64,000 nt of DNA. Source: Escherichia coli (GTDB lineage: Bacteria > Pseudomonadota > Gammaproteobacteria > Enterobacterales > Enterobacteriaceae). Numbering within the stretch: position 1 is the first letter of the stretch; each line of letters begins with the position of its first letter. The stretch is taken from NCBI RefSeq assembly GCF_050320075.1, contig NZ_CP190018.1, one strand, 5' to 3'. A program made the position numbers and the translations under genes. Of the stretch, positions 14,962 through 25,863 are shown in pieces. Below the pieces are notes generated by a model. It saw only the letters and a program-made list of their open reading frames with translations, was not told the DNA's origin and made no database searches.

Positions 14962-16608
14962 TTATTCAATCTCTTCACAGACATCCTGAGTTAATCTCCG
15001 CATAATATCTTTCCTTAACAAAAACTTTTGTATTTTACCTGAGGCAGTGCGCGGTAGTTTTTCGATTACCACGATATGTTCAGGATATTTATATTTCGCG
15101 ACCCGTTTACGGCTAAAAAAAGCCACCACCTCTTCCAGCGATAATGAATGATGCGGTGCTTTCAGCACGACATAAGCGCATGAGCGTTCACCTAAACGTT
15201 CATCGGGCATCGCAACCACACAGGCATCGTGAATTTTAGGATGCTGCAATAAAATATCTTCTACTTCACGGCTGCTAATATTTTCGCCGCCGCGGACAAT
15301 AATATCTTTCTTGCGCCCGGTTATTTTTATATAGCCGGCCTCATCCATGCAGCAGAGATCGCCGCTGTAATACCAGCCTTCTTCATCCAGGGCACGGGCG
15401 GTTAATTCAGGTTCATCAAAATACCCCATAAACACATTGGGGCCACGCGAGGCTTCTTCACCTTCGCAACCTGGCGGTAAGGTCTTGCGTGCGTCATCGA
15501 CCACTTTAATCTCAACACCTGCGGCAGCGTAACCATCGGTGTGCATAAAGCGCGACAAAGGATCGTCGAGATTCACCACTGCGTGCGGCGAACTTTCTGT
15601 GGAACCATAAACACTTAATAATTTAATGCCGCGCTGCTGGCATTCACGCGCCACTTTTTTGGGGATTGTGGTCCCGCCGCAAAGAAAGAAGCGCAGCGCT
15701 GAAAGGTCAGCGGGTTGTTTCTCCAGTAAATTCAAAAGATCATAGACAAACGGCGTTGCGCCGAGCATACAGGTGCAACGCTGCTGCTCAAGCAGCGCGA
15801 GACACGCATCAGGAGTGAAAATATCTAACAACACGCTGCGAGCGCCAATTAAGAATGGTGCCGTTACGCCATGCAGAAAGCCCGTTGCATGACCAAGTGG
15901 CGCAGGCATCATAAAGACATCCTGCCAGGTCAGATTCAACCGCGCGCAATAAGCCCGCTCACTGGCGAGAATATTGTTATGCGTTAGCATCACGCCCTTT
16001 GGCAGACCCTCGGTTCCGGAGGTAAACAGCACCGCGGCTAATTCATCGCCGTGGACCGTTATCGCCGTGGTTAGAGGAGTATTGTCGGCGATAATCTGAC
16101 TTAATGAGAGAGCAGAGGTGGCGGGAGCCAGTTTGTCCACGCCGACAAGTTGTTGTAGTTGTGGAAGCTGATTTTGCAGCGGCAGGATTAAATCTACCGG
16201 ACGCGTTTGTTTAAACAACGTCGGAGCAAAGAACATTTTTGCCTGACACTTATTGAGCACCCATACTAGTTCTGCTTCCCGCCAGGAAGGCAACAGCGGT
16301 ACGGAAACCGCACCGATTTTCAGGCAGGCAAGATAGATAACGGTAAATTCACACCAGCCAGGCAGTTGAAATGCGATGCGATCGCCTGATTCAATACCCT
16401 TCGCTAACATCCAGTTTGCCAGACAGCTCGCGGCGTGATCGAGCGCGCTATAGGTGTACGATGCTCCATGATTATCGACCACGGCAATTTTGTCTGGCAT
16501 CGCACGAGCGGTCTGCTGCCAGTAATCGGCCAGCGAAGCATCGCCCCATAGCCCTTGCTGACGATACGCCGCACGACGTTGTTCGTTAAACGTTAATGTC
16601 ACTTTCAT
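14962..16608 (-). CDS. fadK: short-chain acyl-CoA synthetase (anaerobic)
   Basis: AMP-binding enzyme; start placed at MKVTLTF with GAGAG SD (548 aa); an in-frame upstream ATG at 16662 would give 566 aa. Confidence 0.8.
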   Translation of the reverse strand: MKVTLTFNEQRRAAYRQQGLWGDASLADYWQQTARAMPDKIAVVDNHGASYTYSALDHAASCLANWMLAKGIESGDRIAFQLPGWCEFTVIYLACLKIGAVSVPLLPSWREAELVWVLNKCQAKMFFAPTLFKQTRPVDLILPLQNQLPQLQQLVGVDKLAPATSALSLSQIIADNTPLTTAITVHGDELAAVLFTSGTEGLPKGVMLTHNNILASERAYCARLNLTWQDVFMMPAPLGHATGFLHGVTAPFLIGARSVLLDIFTPDACLALLEQQRCTCMLGATPFVYDLLNLLEKQPADLSALRFFLCGGTTIPKKVARECQQRGIKLLSVYGSTESSPHAVVNLDDPLSRFMHTDGYAAAGVEIKVVDDARKTLPPGCEGEEASRGPNVFMGYFDEPELTARALDEEGWYYSGDLCCMDEAGYIKITGRKKDIIVRGGENISSREVEDILLQHPKIHDACVVAMPDERLGERSCAYVVLKAPHHSLSLEEVVAFFSRKRVAKYKYPEHIVVIEKLPRTASGKIQKFLLRKDIMRRLTQDVCEEIE

Positions 16609-16664
16609 TTTGGACTCTCGAGACAGAACATCAGGCCCGAGATGCGGGCCTGTGGGATGCATGA

Positions 16665-16958
16665 TTAGCCGTAGCGAAAATCAATACCGAAGGTGCCTGC
16701 GGGATATTGCCACTGTTCGAGAATAGTGTTGCCGCACAGCACCCGACAGGTGCCGCACTCCAGACAACCGGCAGAATCAAAATGAATGTTGCCGGCGTCA
16801 TCCTGCTTATAAAGTCCGGCAGGGCAGGCTTTCATTAATTTACGGAATTCATTGATATCGGGATTTGCCGCCAAAATGATATGCGGGTGGCCCTCATCAA
16901 CATGGAATTTATTGACGCCTAATTTGATGTCGACGTTAACCGTAGCGTTCTGGCTCAT
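16665..16958 (-). CDS. ydiT: ferredoxin-like protein (FixX family)
   Basis: 97-aa ORF with Cys cluster; 4-bp overlap with ydiS. Confidence 0.88.
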   Translation of the reverse strand: MSQNATVNVDIKLGVNKFHVDEGHPHIILAANPDINEFRKLMKACPAGLYKQDDAGNIHFDSAGCLECGTCRVLCGNTILEQWQYPAGTFGIDFRYG

Positions 16959-18244
16959 AGCGCGGTTGCTCCCTTAATGCCATCTTTCAGCAAGTTGATC
17001 AGCCCAATTTTTTTCGCGTGTCCCATGATCATTTTGCGTACCGGCTGGTTTGGTTTGCCGTCAATGGTGAACATATCGTTCATGATGTCGGCGACAATGC
17101 GCGGATACTGACTAAACAGGCGCGGATTTTCCATCAGCGCCGGGATCTTGCGGAAATGCTGCATATCGCGCATAACACAACTTTGTTCCAGCTCACGTTT
17201 GTATTGCGCCAGACTGCTGGCGGAGAAATCCGCGCGTTCTTTGGCGGCAATCACTGTTGTGGCGGCAGCCTGAGCTGATGCAATGGCTAAATCCATGCCG
17301 CGAACTGTAAAACCCAAATTCAGGCAGAAGCCTGCGGCGTCACCAACGATCATCACGCCATCGTTAACCAGCTGCGGCACCATTGCCAGACCGCCTTCCG
17401 GCACCATATGCGCGGAATATTCAAGCAGTTTGCCGCCGCTAATCAGCGGGCGAATGGCGGGGTGTTGTTTAAAATCTTCCAGCATTTGCGGCACGCTTTT
17501 TTGCGCATGGGCGATATCACCCAATCCACAAACCAGCCCCAACGATATGGAATCCTTATTGGTATAGAGGAATCCGCCACCCATCAGGCCGTCAGAAGGG
17601 GAACCGGCAAACAGCCAGGCGGCACCTTCCTCGCCCGTAATATTAAAGCGATCGTTGATCTGTTCTGGTGTGAGGCCAATAACCTCTTTAACACCAACAG
17701 CGTAATGATGCGGATCGGAAGCGGAAACCATTCCCAGCGAGCGGCCAAGCATCGAGTTAACGCCATCAGCCAGAATCACCACATTCGCTTCAAGAACATC
17801 ATCCCCGGCCTGCACGCCAGTGACCTTGTTTCCTTCACGAACCAGCGCATCGACGCGTACGCCCGGGATAAACTGCGCGCCCGCCTGCTCGGCTTGTTCC
17901 ATCAACCACGGGTCCAGACGATTACGCAATACGGTATAAGACGCGTGTTGCGGAACATCTGGTTGCTCGCGGTGAAAGTCGAGGGTAACGGCGCTTTCTT
18001 CGGTTAAGAAGGAGATTTTCTCGCGTGTGACCTTGCGTTCTACCGGCGCTGATGCTGCAAAGCCTGGAATAATCGCTTCAAGTGTGTGGGCATAAAGACG
18101 CCCGCCGGTCATGTTTTTACATCCGGCACTGTCGCCGCGTTCTATCACCAGGACATCCAGCCCGGCTCGCGCCATGACCAGTGCGGCAACGCTACCGGCA
18201 ACGCCCGCACCGACCACAATGGCATCAAATTTGTCATCCGACAT
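16955..18244 (-). CDS. ydiS: FAD-dependent oxidoreductase (ETF-quinone oxidoreductase, FixC family)
   Basis: 429-aa ORF with N-terminal GAGVAG FAD fold. Confidence 0.88.
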   Translation of the reverse strand: MSDDKFDAIVVGAGVAGSVAALVMARAGLDVLVIERGDSAGCKNMTGGRLYAHTLEAIIPGFAASAPVERKVTREKISFLTEESAVTLDFHREQPDVPQHASYTVLRNRLDPWLMEQAEQAGAQFIPGVRVDALVREGNKVTGVQAGDDVLEANVVILADGVNSMLGRSLGMVSASDPHHYAVGVKEVIGLTPEQINDRFNITGEEGAAWLFAGSPSDGLMGGGFLYTNKDSISLGLVCGLGDIAHAQKSVPQMLEDFKQHPAIRPLISGGKLLEYSAHMVPEGGLAMVPQLVNDGVMIVGDAAGFCLNLGFTVRGMDLAIASAQAAATTVIAAKERADFSASSLAQYKRELEQSCVMRDMQHFRKIPALMENPRLFSQYPRIVADIMNDMFTIDGKPNQPVRKMIMGHAKKIGLINLLKDGIKGATAL

Positions 18245-18299
18245 GCGTTATGCTCCCTTCCCGCTGCGTTTACAGCGGGAGATGTGGTTGAAAGGGGAA

Positions 18300-19238
18300 T
18301 TAGCGGCTCAACTGGCTAATCAGGGCAGGGACGACTTTGTAGATATCGCCCACCAGACCGTAGTCGGCATAGTTGAAGATTGGCGCATTTTTATCTTTAT
18401 TGATGGCGACAATCACTTTTGCGCCGTTGCCGCCAACCATATGCTGGATCTGCCCGGAGATCCCCAGCGTCAGGTAGAGATCGGATTTCAGCAACACGCC
18501 GGAGACACCGATATAACGTTCACGCTCCATCCAGTTCTCGCCTTCGGCAATTGGACGTGAACAGCCGACTTCAGCATTCAGCACCGCCGCCAGTTCGTGG
18601 ACCATTTTCAGGTCATCCTGCGCTGCCAGACCACGACCGACGCCAACCACACGTTTTGCTTTGCTCAGGTCCACGCTGCTTGCCGCTTTCGCACGGCGTT
18701 CGCGACAGAGAATTTCATGACGCGGGGCAACATAAGGTACCGTTTCTGTCGGGCACTGATGAGCGGTATCACTGGTGCACGGTTCCTGAACACCGGGTGC
18801 AAGGGTAATGATCGCCAGCGGGCTGTTGATCTTTTCCTGTGCGAACGCTAACCCGCCATACATCCGGTGTTCGGCGCAAATGTGACCATCGACAATATCC
18901 ACCGCAGTGGCATCGTTCACCAGCGCCGCATTCAGTTGCACACTTAACCGTGCTGCCAGAGCTTTACCGCGTTTCGTCGCGGCCAGCAGCAACATAGAAG
19001 GATGTTTATCTTTCAGCAGGGCAGCAATGCTTTCGGCGTAATTTTCAGTACGTTGCAGCGCATCATTTTGCTCAAGAACATAAATACATTTTGGACCATA
19101 AGGCATAACTGCCTGCGCCTGGTCGGTATTTTGTACAATGGCATACACCTGTTGGCCCCATTGCTGCGCGCCGCCAAACAGTTCAGCATAACGTTCAGGA
19201 TTATCGCTAAAGACCCAGACGCTGTTTAATTGACTCAT
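18300..19238 (-). CDS. ydiR: electron transfer flavoprotein alpha subunit (FixB family)
   Basis: 312-aa ORF. Confidence 0.88.
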   Translation of the reverse strand: MSQLNSVWVFSDNPERYAELFGGAQQWGQQVYAIVQNTDQAQAVMPYGPKCIYVLEQNDALQRTENYAESIAALLKDKHPSMLLLAATKRGKALAARLSVQLNAALVNDATAVDIVDGHICAEHRMYGGLAFAQEKINSPLAIITLAPGVQEPCTSDTAHQCPTETVPYVAPRHEILCRERRAKAASSVDLSKAKRVVGVGRGLAAQDDLKMVHELAAVLNAEVGCSRPIAEGENWMERERYIGVSGVLLKSDLYLTLGISGQIQHMVGGNGAKVIVAINKDKNAPIFNYADYGLVGDIYKVVPALISQLSR

Positions 19239-19257
19239 CGTTTCTTCTCCGTAGGCT

Positions 19258-20022
19258 TCAGTTCAGGGCTTTCTTCAGATATTCCGCCAGCTCGGCAATG
19301 GCCTCCGGCGAATCGTTATCGAGAATGATGTGCTTACGTTCTGTTTGCGGCGGTACGCGAATGCCGGTCAGCTCAGCAAGTGGCGCGCTCTGGCTCCAGC
19401 CAATGTCACTTGCCTGCCACTGATTTATCGGTTTTTTACCCGCGCCGAGAATGGCTTTCATCGAAGGAATGCGTGGCATGTTAATATCGGAGGTGACGCA
19501 GAGCACGGCTGGAACAGAGAGCTCAATAACTTCAACATCATCTTCAAGCGTGCGTTCAATCACCAGTGTATTGCCCTGACGCTGAATAGCACTCACTGCA
19601 TTAATCACCGGAAGTTGCAGAATTTCTCCGACCAGCAAGCCAACCTGCTGGGCATAAAGGTCACCGCAACCTTCACCAAAGATCAGTAAATCGAAGCCGA
19701 TCTTTTCAACTGCTGCCGCCAGTGCTTTTGCGGTATCGAGAGGCAGTGCATGTTCAAGTTGCGCATCCTGCACCAAATACAGGCTATGCGGCCCGCGGGA
19801 TAGCACGTCTTTGCGTACTTTCGAGTTCTGCAACAATGAGCCGCCAACGGTCAGCGCGGCTATCTCATCGTCATCTGTTGCAATCTGGCTTGCAGCTTCA
19901 ATGGCATTGAGATCGAACTGGCTGATTTTGGCGTCGGCATTGTCGAAATTCAGGGTATATTCTGGAGTGACAACAATGTCCTGTTCTTCAGGCACCAGCT
20001 TAAAGCAGGTTATTATTTTCAT
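19258..20022 (-). CDS. ydiQ: electron transfer flavoprotein beta subunit (FixA family)
   Basis: start at ATG 20022 (MKIITCFKLVPEEQD, 254 aa); ORF track extends upstream. Confidence 0.85.
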   Translation of the reverse strand: MKIITCFKLVPEEQDIVVTPEYTLNFDNADAKISQFDLNAIEAASQIATDDDEIAALTVGGSLLQNSKVRKDVLSRGPHSLYLVQDAQLEHALPLDTAKALAAAVEKIGFDLLIFGEGCGDLYAQQVGLLVGEILQLPVINAVSAIQRQGNTLVIERTLEDDVEVIELSVPAVLCVTSDINMPRIPSMKAILGAGKKPINQWQASDIGWSQSAPLAELTGIRVPPQTERKHIILDNDSPEAIAELAEYLKKALN

Positions 20023-20337
20023 GATTTCTCCTGTGAGTCGCATACGGAACCATCTCCGATGGAAGATAAAAATGGCCTGAAAATAGTGTGCGATAGCGGT
20101 GCGGGGTTTTCGACGGAGCAAGCTGTTTTCCTTGCCAACAATCTTGCAAAAAAAATGCGATCGCTAAAACAAAAGTGCAATTTGCGGCAATATAGTTATT
20201 CCATGACCGTACAATCTTGCATTCAGTGTAAATAATCTTGTTTAGCTCTCGCTAAACGCGGTTGTATAACCGCAATACACGCCGTATTTTATCCGGCATA
20301 TATTGTTTTTGCTTGCTCATGGAATAGGGAGGTTGTC

Positions 20338-21249
20338 ATGTATCAACGCTGTTTTGATAACGCCAGCGAAACGCTGTTTGTCGCCGGTAAAACGCCACGG
20401 CTTTCACGTTTTGCATTTAGCGATGATCCAAAATGGGAGTCCGGACATCACGTTCATGACAATGAAACCGAGTTGATTTACGTCAAGAAAGGGGTAGCAA
20501 GGTTTACCATCGATTCTTCGTTATATGTCGCGCACGCCGATGACATTGTGGTGATAGAACGTGGCAGGCTGCATGCGGTGGCCTCTGACGTTAACGATCC
20601 GGCAACGACGTGTACCTGTGCGCTGTACGGCTTTCAGTTTCAGGGGGCTGAGGAAAATCAGCTACTGCAACCGCATTCTTGCCCGGTAATTGCCGCAGGG
20701 CAGGGAAAAGAAGTTATTAAAACCTTATTTAATGAGCTAAGTGTGATTTTGCCGCAAAGTAAAAATAGCCAAACATCTTCGTTATGGGACGCATTTGCCT
20801 ATACGTTAGCAATTCTTTACTATGAAAACTTTAAAAATGCTTATCGTTCGGAGCAGGGATATATTAAAAAAGATGTTCTGATAAAAGATATTCTTTTCTA
20901 TCTGAATAATAACTATCGCGAAAAAATCACTTTAGAGCAGTTATCGAAAAAGTTTCGTGCCAGCGTCAGTTATATTTGCCATGAATTTACCAAAGAGTAT
21001 CGTATTTCCCCTATTAACTATGTTATTCAACGGCGTATGACGGAAGCGAAATGGTCACTCACTAATACTGAATTATCACAGGCAGAGATCTCCTGGCGTG
21101 TGGGTTATGAAAATGTCGATCACTTTGCCAAACTGTTTTTGCGCCATGTCGGCTGTTCGCCCAGCGATTACCGCAGGCAATTTAAAAACTGTTTTGCGGA
21201 ACAAGAAATCTTATCTGAATTTCCTCAACCGGTAAGTCTTGCCGGATAA
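20338..21249 (+). CDS. ydiP: AraC-family transcriptional regulator
   Basis: 303-aa ORF with C-terminal AraC HTH; divergent from ydiQ. Confidence 0.85.
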   Translation: MYQRCFDNASETLFVAGKTPRLSRFAFSDDPKWESGHHVHDNETELIYVKKGVARFTIDSSLYVAHADDIVVIERGRLHAVASDVNDPATTCTCALYGFQFQGAEENQLLQPHSCPVIAAGQGKEVIKTLFNELSVILPQSKNSQTSSLWDAFAYTLAILYYENFKNAYRSEQGYIKKDVLIKDILFYLNNNYREKITLEQLSKKFRASVSYICHEFTKEYRISPINYVIQRRMTEAKWSLTNTELSQAEISWRVGYENVDHFAKLFLRHVGCSPSDYRRQFKNCFAEQEILSEFPQPVSLAG

Positions 21250-21252
21250 ATC

Positions 21253-21286
21253 TGGCGGCGCAGTTTGTTAAGAAGCTGCGCCGCCT
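21253..21286. terminator. hairpin between convergent ydiP and ydiO
   Basis: GGCGGCGCAG-loop-CTGCGCCGCC perfect 10-bp stem. Confidence 0.5.
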
Positions 21287-21291
21287 GCAGA

Positions 21292-22443
21292 TTATTTGTT
21301 CTGATAATCTTTCAGGATCTGCCGACCCGCTACGTAAATCATAATTTCGTCTGTACCGCCGCCGATACGTTCACAACGGACATCACGCCAGAAGCGAGAG
21401 ACGCGCGCCTCATCGGTATAGCCCAGACCGCCCATGATTTGAATCGCATCATCAATAACTTCCATTGCGGTACGTGCGCAGTACAGTTTTGCCAGCGCCG
21501 CGCTGGTGCGCAGTGACTGATGCTGATCGGCTTGCCATGCCACTTTCAGCACCATGTTGCGCATGTTGTCGATCTTAATCGCCATCAGCGCCAGTTTTTC
21601 CTGGATCATCTGGTTATGACCAATGGGCTTACCAAAAGCGATACGTTGGTTGGCATAGCGGGCGGCATCTTCAAAGGCACACTCGGCAAAGCCGGTGCTG
21701 CGCGCGGCGTTGATCAGGCGCTCCATCTCAAAGTTGTACATCACATTGAGGAAACCCATTCCTTCTTCGCCCACCATGTCGCTCTCTTCAACTTCCACGT
21801 TGTCGAGATAGACTTCGCAGGTGCTGAGCATATGCCAGCCGATTTTATGCAGCGGGTTAATCTTAATGCCGGGCTTACTGGAGTCGACCCACCACAGGGT
21901 GAAGGCTTTTTTGGGATCTTTCGGTTCTGGATCGCGCGCCAGCACCAGCATATACGGGTACTCTTTCGCGCCGGTAATAAAGGTTTTCTGGCCGTTGATG
22001 TAAACCTTGCCGTTTTTACGCGTGTAAGTGGTGGTGGCGCTGTTGTTATCTGAGCCTGCGCCTGGTTCCGTCAATGCCAGGGCATAGGCGGGATCACCCG
22101 TTTCCAGGGTGCTCTCTGCCGTTTTACGTAGCTGCTCTGCAGAACCGAAACGGCGCATACTGTGAATACATTGACCGTTGGTGATCAAAAATGCCGGGGC
22201 ACCGCATTTTGACACTTCCATCAGCGCCAGCATTTGGGTGACGTAATCCGCAGGGATACCACCAAATTCTTCCGGCACGCCAAGCATGGAAATACCGTTA
22301 TCCGCCAGTGCCCGCATAAATTCACGCGGGTATGTCCCGTTTTGATCGCAGGTGCGGAAATACTCTTCCGGAAAGTTAGTCGTAATCAGTTCGCGAATAC
22401 TGGCCAGCAGCAGTTCTTGTTCTTCAGTTAAAGAAAAATCCAT
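21292..22443 (-). CDS. ydiO: acyl-CoA dehydrogenase
   Basis: start at ATG 22443 (MDFSLTEEQELL, 383 aa). Confidence 0.88.
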   Translation of the reverse strand: MDFSLTEEQELLLASIRELITTNFPEEYFRTCDQNGTYPREFMRALADNGISMLGVPEEFGGIPADYVTQMLALMEVSKCGAPAFLITNGQCIHSMRRFGSAEQLRKTAESTLETGDPAYALALTEPGAGSDNNSATTTYTRKNGKVYINGQKTFITGAKEYPYMLVLARDPEPKDPKKAFTLWWVDSSKPGIKINPLHKIGWHMLSTCEVYLDNVEVEESDMVGEEGMGFLNVMYNFEMERLINAARSTGFAECAFEDAARYANQRIAFGKPIGHNQMIQEKLALMAIKIDNMRNMVLKVAWQADQHQSLRTSAALAKLYCARTAMEVIDDAIQIMGGLGYTDEARVSRFWRDVRCERIGGGTDEIMIYVAGRQILKDYQNK

Positions 22444-22456
22444 CGTGATACTCCTG

Positions 22457-24052
22457 TTAATGAGCCGCTTCAGGCAGGACAAAACCCATCGCCGCATCGA
22501 TAAATAATCTTTCGTCCATCAGTTTGAGTTCTGGCGAAATCACTGGGGTGAAATCCATTTTGTCGAGAATATCTTTTTGTAAATCGACGCCAGGGGCGAT
22601 TTCGATTAAATGCAGGCCGTCTTCTTTCAGCGTGAATACTGCGCGCTCAGTGATATAACGAACATCCAGCCCTCGCTCGAGAGCGATTTTTCCGCTGAAA
22701 GTAATTTCCGGTAGTTCCCGAATAAATTTCTTCACCCGTCCTTCCTGGACGATATTTAATTTGCCGTCGGTAATTTCTGTTTTTAAACTGCCCGCAGTTA
22801 ATGTGCCGCAGAAAACGATTTTCTTCGAAGTGGCACTGATATCAATAAATCCACCGGTGCCCATGATTTTACCATTGAATTTATGCACGCCGACGTTACC
22901 GTGCTGGTCGACTTCAGCAAAACTCAAATAACAAACATCCAGACCGCCACCGTGATAAAAATCAAACTGGGACGTCATATCCAGAATGGCACGGGTATTC
23001 ACGTTCGCGCCAAAGGCGATCCCCTGTGAAGTAATTCCGCCAATCGGACCTGTTTCTACCGTCAGAATAAAGTCATCAGCACAACCTTCTTCTCGGGCGA
23101 CCAGGCCAATGCCGTCAGCAATACCGACGCCGACATTCCCCACCGCGCCTTTACGCATTTCGAATAATGCGCGCCGTGCAACTAATTTACGTTGGTTTAG
23201 GGGCAGGCTAAGTTTGGTGCTGTCATCAAGGGTGAAGTCACCAGAAATAAAGCGGTTAACCGGCGCACCGCCATACAGTTGGGTTTGATCCGGATCGACC
23301 ACCACAATATCCACCAGATAACCCGGAATACGGACAGATTTAGGATGCAGCGTGGCTTTCTTAACCATTTTCTGCACCTGCATCATCACAATACCGCCGT
23401 TATTGTGCACCGCCTGGGCAATAACCAATGCGTCGAGATACATCACCTCATCTTCAAAAGTGGCGTAGCCTTCGCTGTCGCAGGTGGTAGCGCGAATGAA
23501 GGCGATATCTGGCGCAATCGCTTTGTAATAGAGATATTCTTGGTTATCAAACTCGACCAGTTTAATCAGGTCTTCTTTAGTGACTTCATTCAGTTTGCCG
23601 CCTTGCTGGCGTGGATCAACAAATGTCCCGATGCCAATATCACTAATAATACCAGGCTGGTGGGCTGCGGCGGCGCGTAAGGTTTGTGTAAGTACACCTT
23701 GTGGATAGTTATAAGCAATAATTTTATTTTGTTCTGCGAGATCAGAAATACGCGGCGATTGTCCCCAGTGACCGCATAATGCCCATTTCACCAGACCTTC
23801 TTGTGCCAGCGGACTAATACCACGGTCGGCGCGATCGCCAAGCCCTGTTGGACTAATAATCGATAAATTACGTGGTGTTTGAGTCTGTTTATATTTATCA
23901 GCAAGAGCAGTAATTAACGTGGTGGCTTCCAGAATACCGCCGCCAGCGCCTAACACACAAAGTGTTGCTTCGTCGGGAATATAATTCACCGCTTCCTGTG
24001 CCGACAGGACCGGCACTCGTCCATTAATACGAGGTGGTTTTACAGGTTTCAT
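22457..24052 (-). CDS. ydiF: acetate/short-chain acyl-CoA transferase (fused alpha/beta)
   Basis: 531-aa ORF, CoA-transferase family I. Confidence 0.88.
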   Translation of the reverse strand: MKPVKPPRINGRVPVLSAQEAVNYIPDEATLCVLGAGGGILEATTLITALADKYKQTQTPRNLSIISPTGLGDRADRGISPLAQEGLVKWALCGHWGQSPRISDLAEQNKIIAYNYPQGVLTQTLRAAAAHQPGIISDIGIGTFVDPRQQGGKLNEVTKEDLIKLVEFDNQEYLYYKAIAPDIAFIRATTCDSEGYATFEDEVMYLDALVIAQAVHNNGGIVMMQVQKMVKKATLHPKSVRIPGYLVDIVVVDPDQTQLYGGAPVNRFISGDFTLDDSTKLSLPLNQRKLVARRALFEMRKGAVGNVGVGIADGIGLVAREEGCADDFILTVETGPIGGITSQGIAFGANVNTRAILDMTSQFDFYHGGGLDVCYLSFAEVDQHGNVGVHKFNGKIMGTGGFIDISATSKKIVFCGTLTAGSLKTEITDGKLNIVQEGRVKKFIRELPEITFSGKIALERGLDVRYITERAVFTLKEDGLHLIEIAPGVDLQKDILDKMDFTPVISPELKLMDERLFIDAAMGFVLPEAAH

Positions 24053-24196
24053 TGTTAATTCCTGATTCAGATGTGATTTTCCCTACGCCAGATGGAGAAT
24101 TAGCGCACAGAGACTCACGAAATATTTTTATTAAATACGGTTAAATATATTTTTTTAGTTCGGCGGGGGAGGATGTTCCCGCCGAAATATTATTGC

Positions 24197-24955
24197 TTAT
24201 GCCTGATGTAAAATAGTTAATACTGTGCGCAAATCATTTACCGAGATTTGCCCTGGTGCAGAGGCCTTTTTTACCGCACCAAAAGTTGCCGCCGAGCCAA
24301 ATACTTCACCAGCCAGACGAGAAATTACGCCAGTTTTTGCCATTGACATCGTGATGATTGGACGATCGGCATACTGCTCCTGCATCTCCAGGGTCGCGGC
24401 AAGCAACGTCAGCACATCGCTGGTACTTTGCGGCATCAGCGCAATCTTAGGAATATCGGCGTCGAAGGACTGCATTTTGCGCAGACGGGCAATGATTTCT
24501 TCGGCTTCCGGCGTTTTATGGAAGTCATGGTTGGACATGACAACTTTCACATCATGCGCGTGGGCGTAGGCGACGGTTTCTTTAACCTGATCATCGCCGG
24601 TAAATAACTCCAGATCGATCATATCAACCAGGCCGCTGTCGATGGCTGCACGATTGAGTGCAATATAAGCCTCGGTGGAAATCGCCTGCTCGCCGCCTTC
24701 TTTGGCACTGCGGAAGGTAAACAGCAGCGGTTTTTCTGGCATGGTTTCACGGAGAATTTTTGCCGCCGCCATGACAGAATCCACATTGGAGAGGTCGGCA
24801 TAGTGGTCAACACGCCATTCCAGAATATCAAAGTCCGCTTCACGATAGGCGAGAGCTTCAGATTTCACGCTGGCGATATCTTTCGCCATCAGCGAGACGA
24901 TGATTTTAGGTGCGCCCGTACCAATGACGAGATCTTTTACAGTTACGGTTTTCAT
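24197..24955 (-). CDS. aroD: 3-dehydroquinate dehydratase (type I)
   Basis: 252-aa ORF. Confidence 0.95.
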   Translation of the reverse strand: MKTVTVKDLVIGTGAPKIIVSLMAKDIASVKSEALAYREADFDILEWRVDHYADLSNVDSVMAAAKILRETMPEKPLLFTFRSAKEGGEQAISTEAYIALNRAAIDSGLVDMIDLELFTGDDQVKETVAYAHAHDVKVVMSNHDFHKTPEAEEIIARLRKMQSFDADIPKIALMPQSTSDVLTLLAATLEMQEQYADRPIITMSMAKTGVISRLAGEVFGSAATFGAVKKASAPGQISVNDLRTVLTILHQA

Positions 24956-24985
24956 TTTTTACCCTTTCTGCACGCGGTCAGCCTG

Positions 24986-25852
24986 TCAGGCACCGAACCC
25001 CATGACCTGTTTAACATATTCCAGAGGGAAATCTTTGCCAGTCCATAACGTGAACTGTTCAGCCCCTTGCCACAACAACATGCCGTATCCATCAATCGTT
25101 TTGCAACCAGCTTGTTGCGCCTGCTGCAATAACTTCGTCATATGCGGGTTATACACGCATTCAGTGACCAGAAGTCCCGGATGTAACAGACTGATATCAT
25201 TAACCAATGATTCATTCTCAAGGGGTTTCATACCCACTTTTGTGCCATTGGTTAAAATGTCGGCGGAAGCCAGGGCTTCAGCAAAGGCTTGCTGATCGGC
25301 GAGATCGGTAACCGTGACGACACAATCGGTGTTTTCGTTAACCCGCTGCGCGAAGGCGAGGGCTTTATCGAAGAACTCATCCCGACGGTTAAAGAGTTTA
25401 ATTTCTTTTAAACCTTCAATTGCCCCCTGCGCGCCAATCGCCGTTGAGGCACCTCCGGCCCCTAACAGCACCATCGTTTTGCCTTTGATATCAAAACCGC
25501 TCTCTTTAATGGCGCGAATATGGCCCGTGCCGTCGGTGTTATAGCCACGCAGATAGCCATCATCATTAACGATGGTGTTGATGGCACCCACCAGTTTGGC
25601 CGCTGGCGTTAATTCATCAACATATTCACACGCCAGTTGTTTGTTCGGCATTGATACACCAGTTCCGCGCATTTTGAGGGCTTTTAATCCTTCAATTGCT
25701 CCGGGAAAACTATCGTTATCCACTTCAAAAGCCATATAGGTAAATGGCAATCCCGCTTTTTCTAAGGCTTTATTCTGCATTTCAGGCGATAAACTGTGGC
25801 GGATGGGATATGCCATCAGCCCAATCAATTCGTATTTTGCGGTAACATCCAT
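24986..25852 (-). CDS. ydiB: quinate/shikimate dehydrogenase
   Basis: 288-aa ORF, AroE paralogue. Confidence 0.9.
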
Positions 25853-25863
25853 AATTAACTCCT

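Noticed and set aside
24161-24185. GGCGGG...CCCGCC palindrome between ydiF and aroD, considered as a terminator
   Set aside because: The T-run precedes rather than follows the stem on the plus strand, and the minus-strand RNA would be followed by an A-rich tract, so it does not fit an intrinsic terminator in either orientation.
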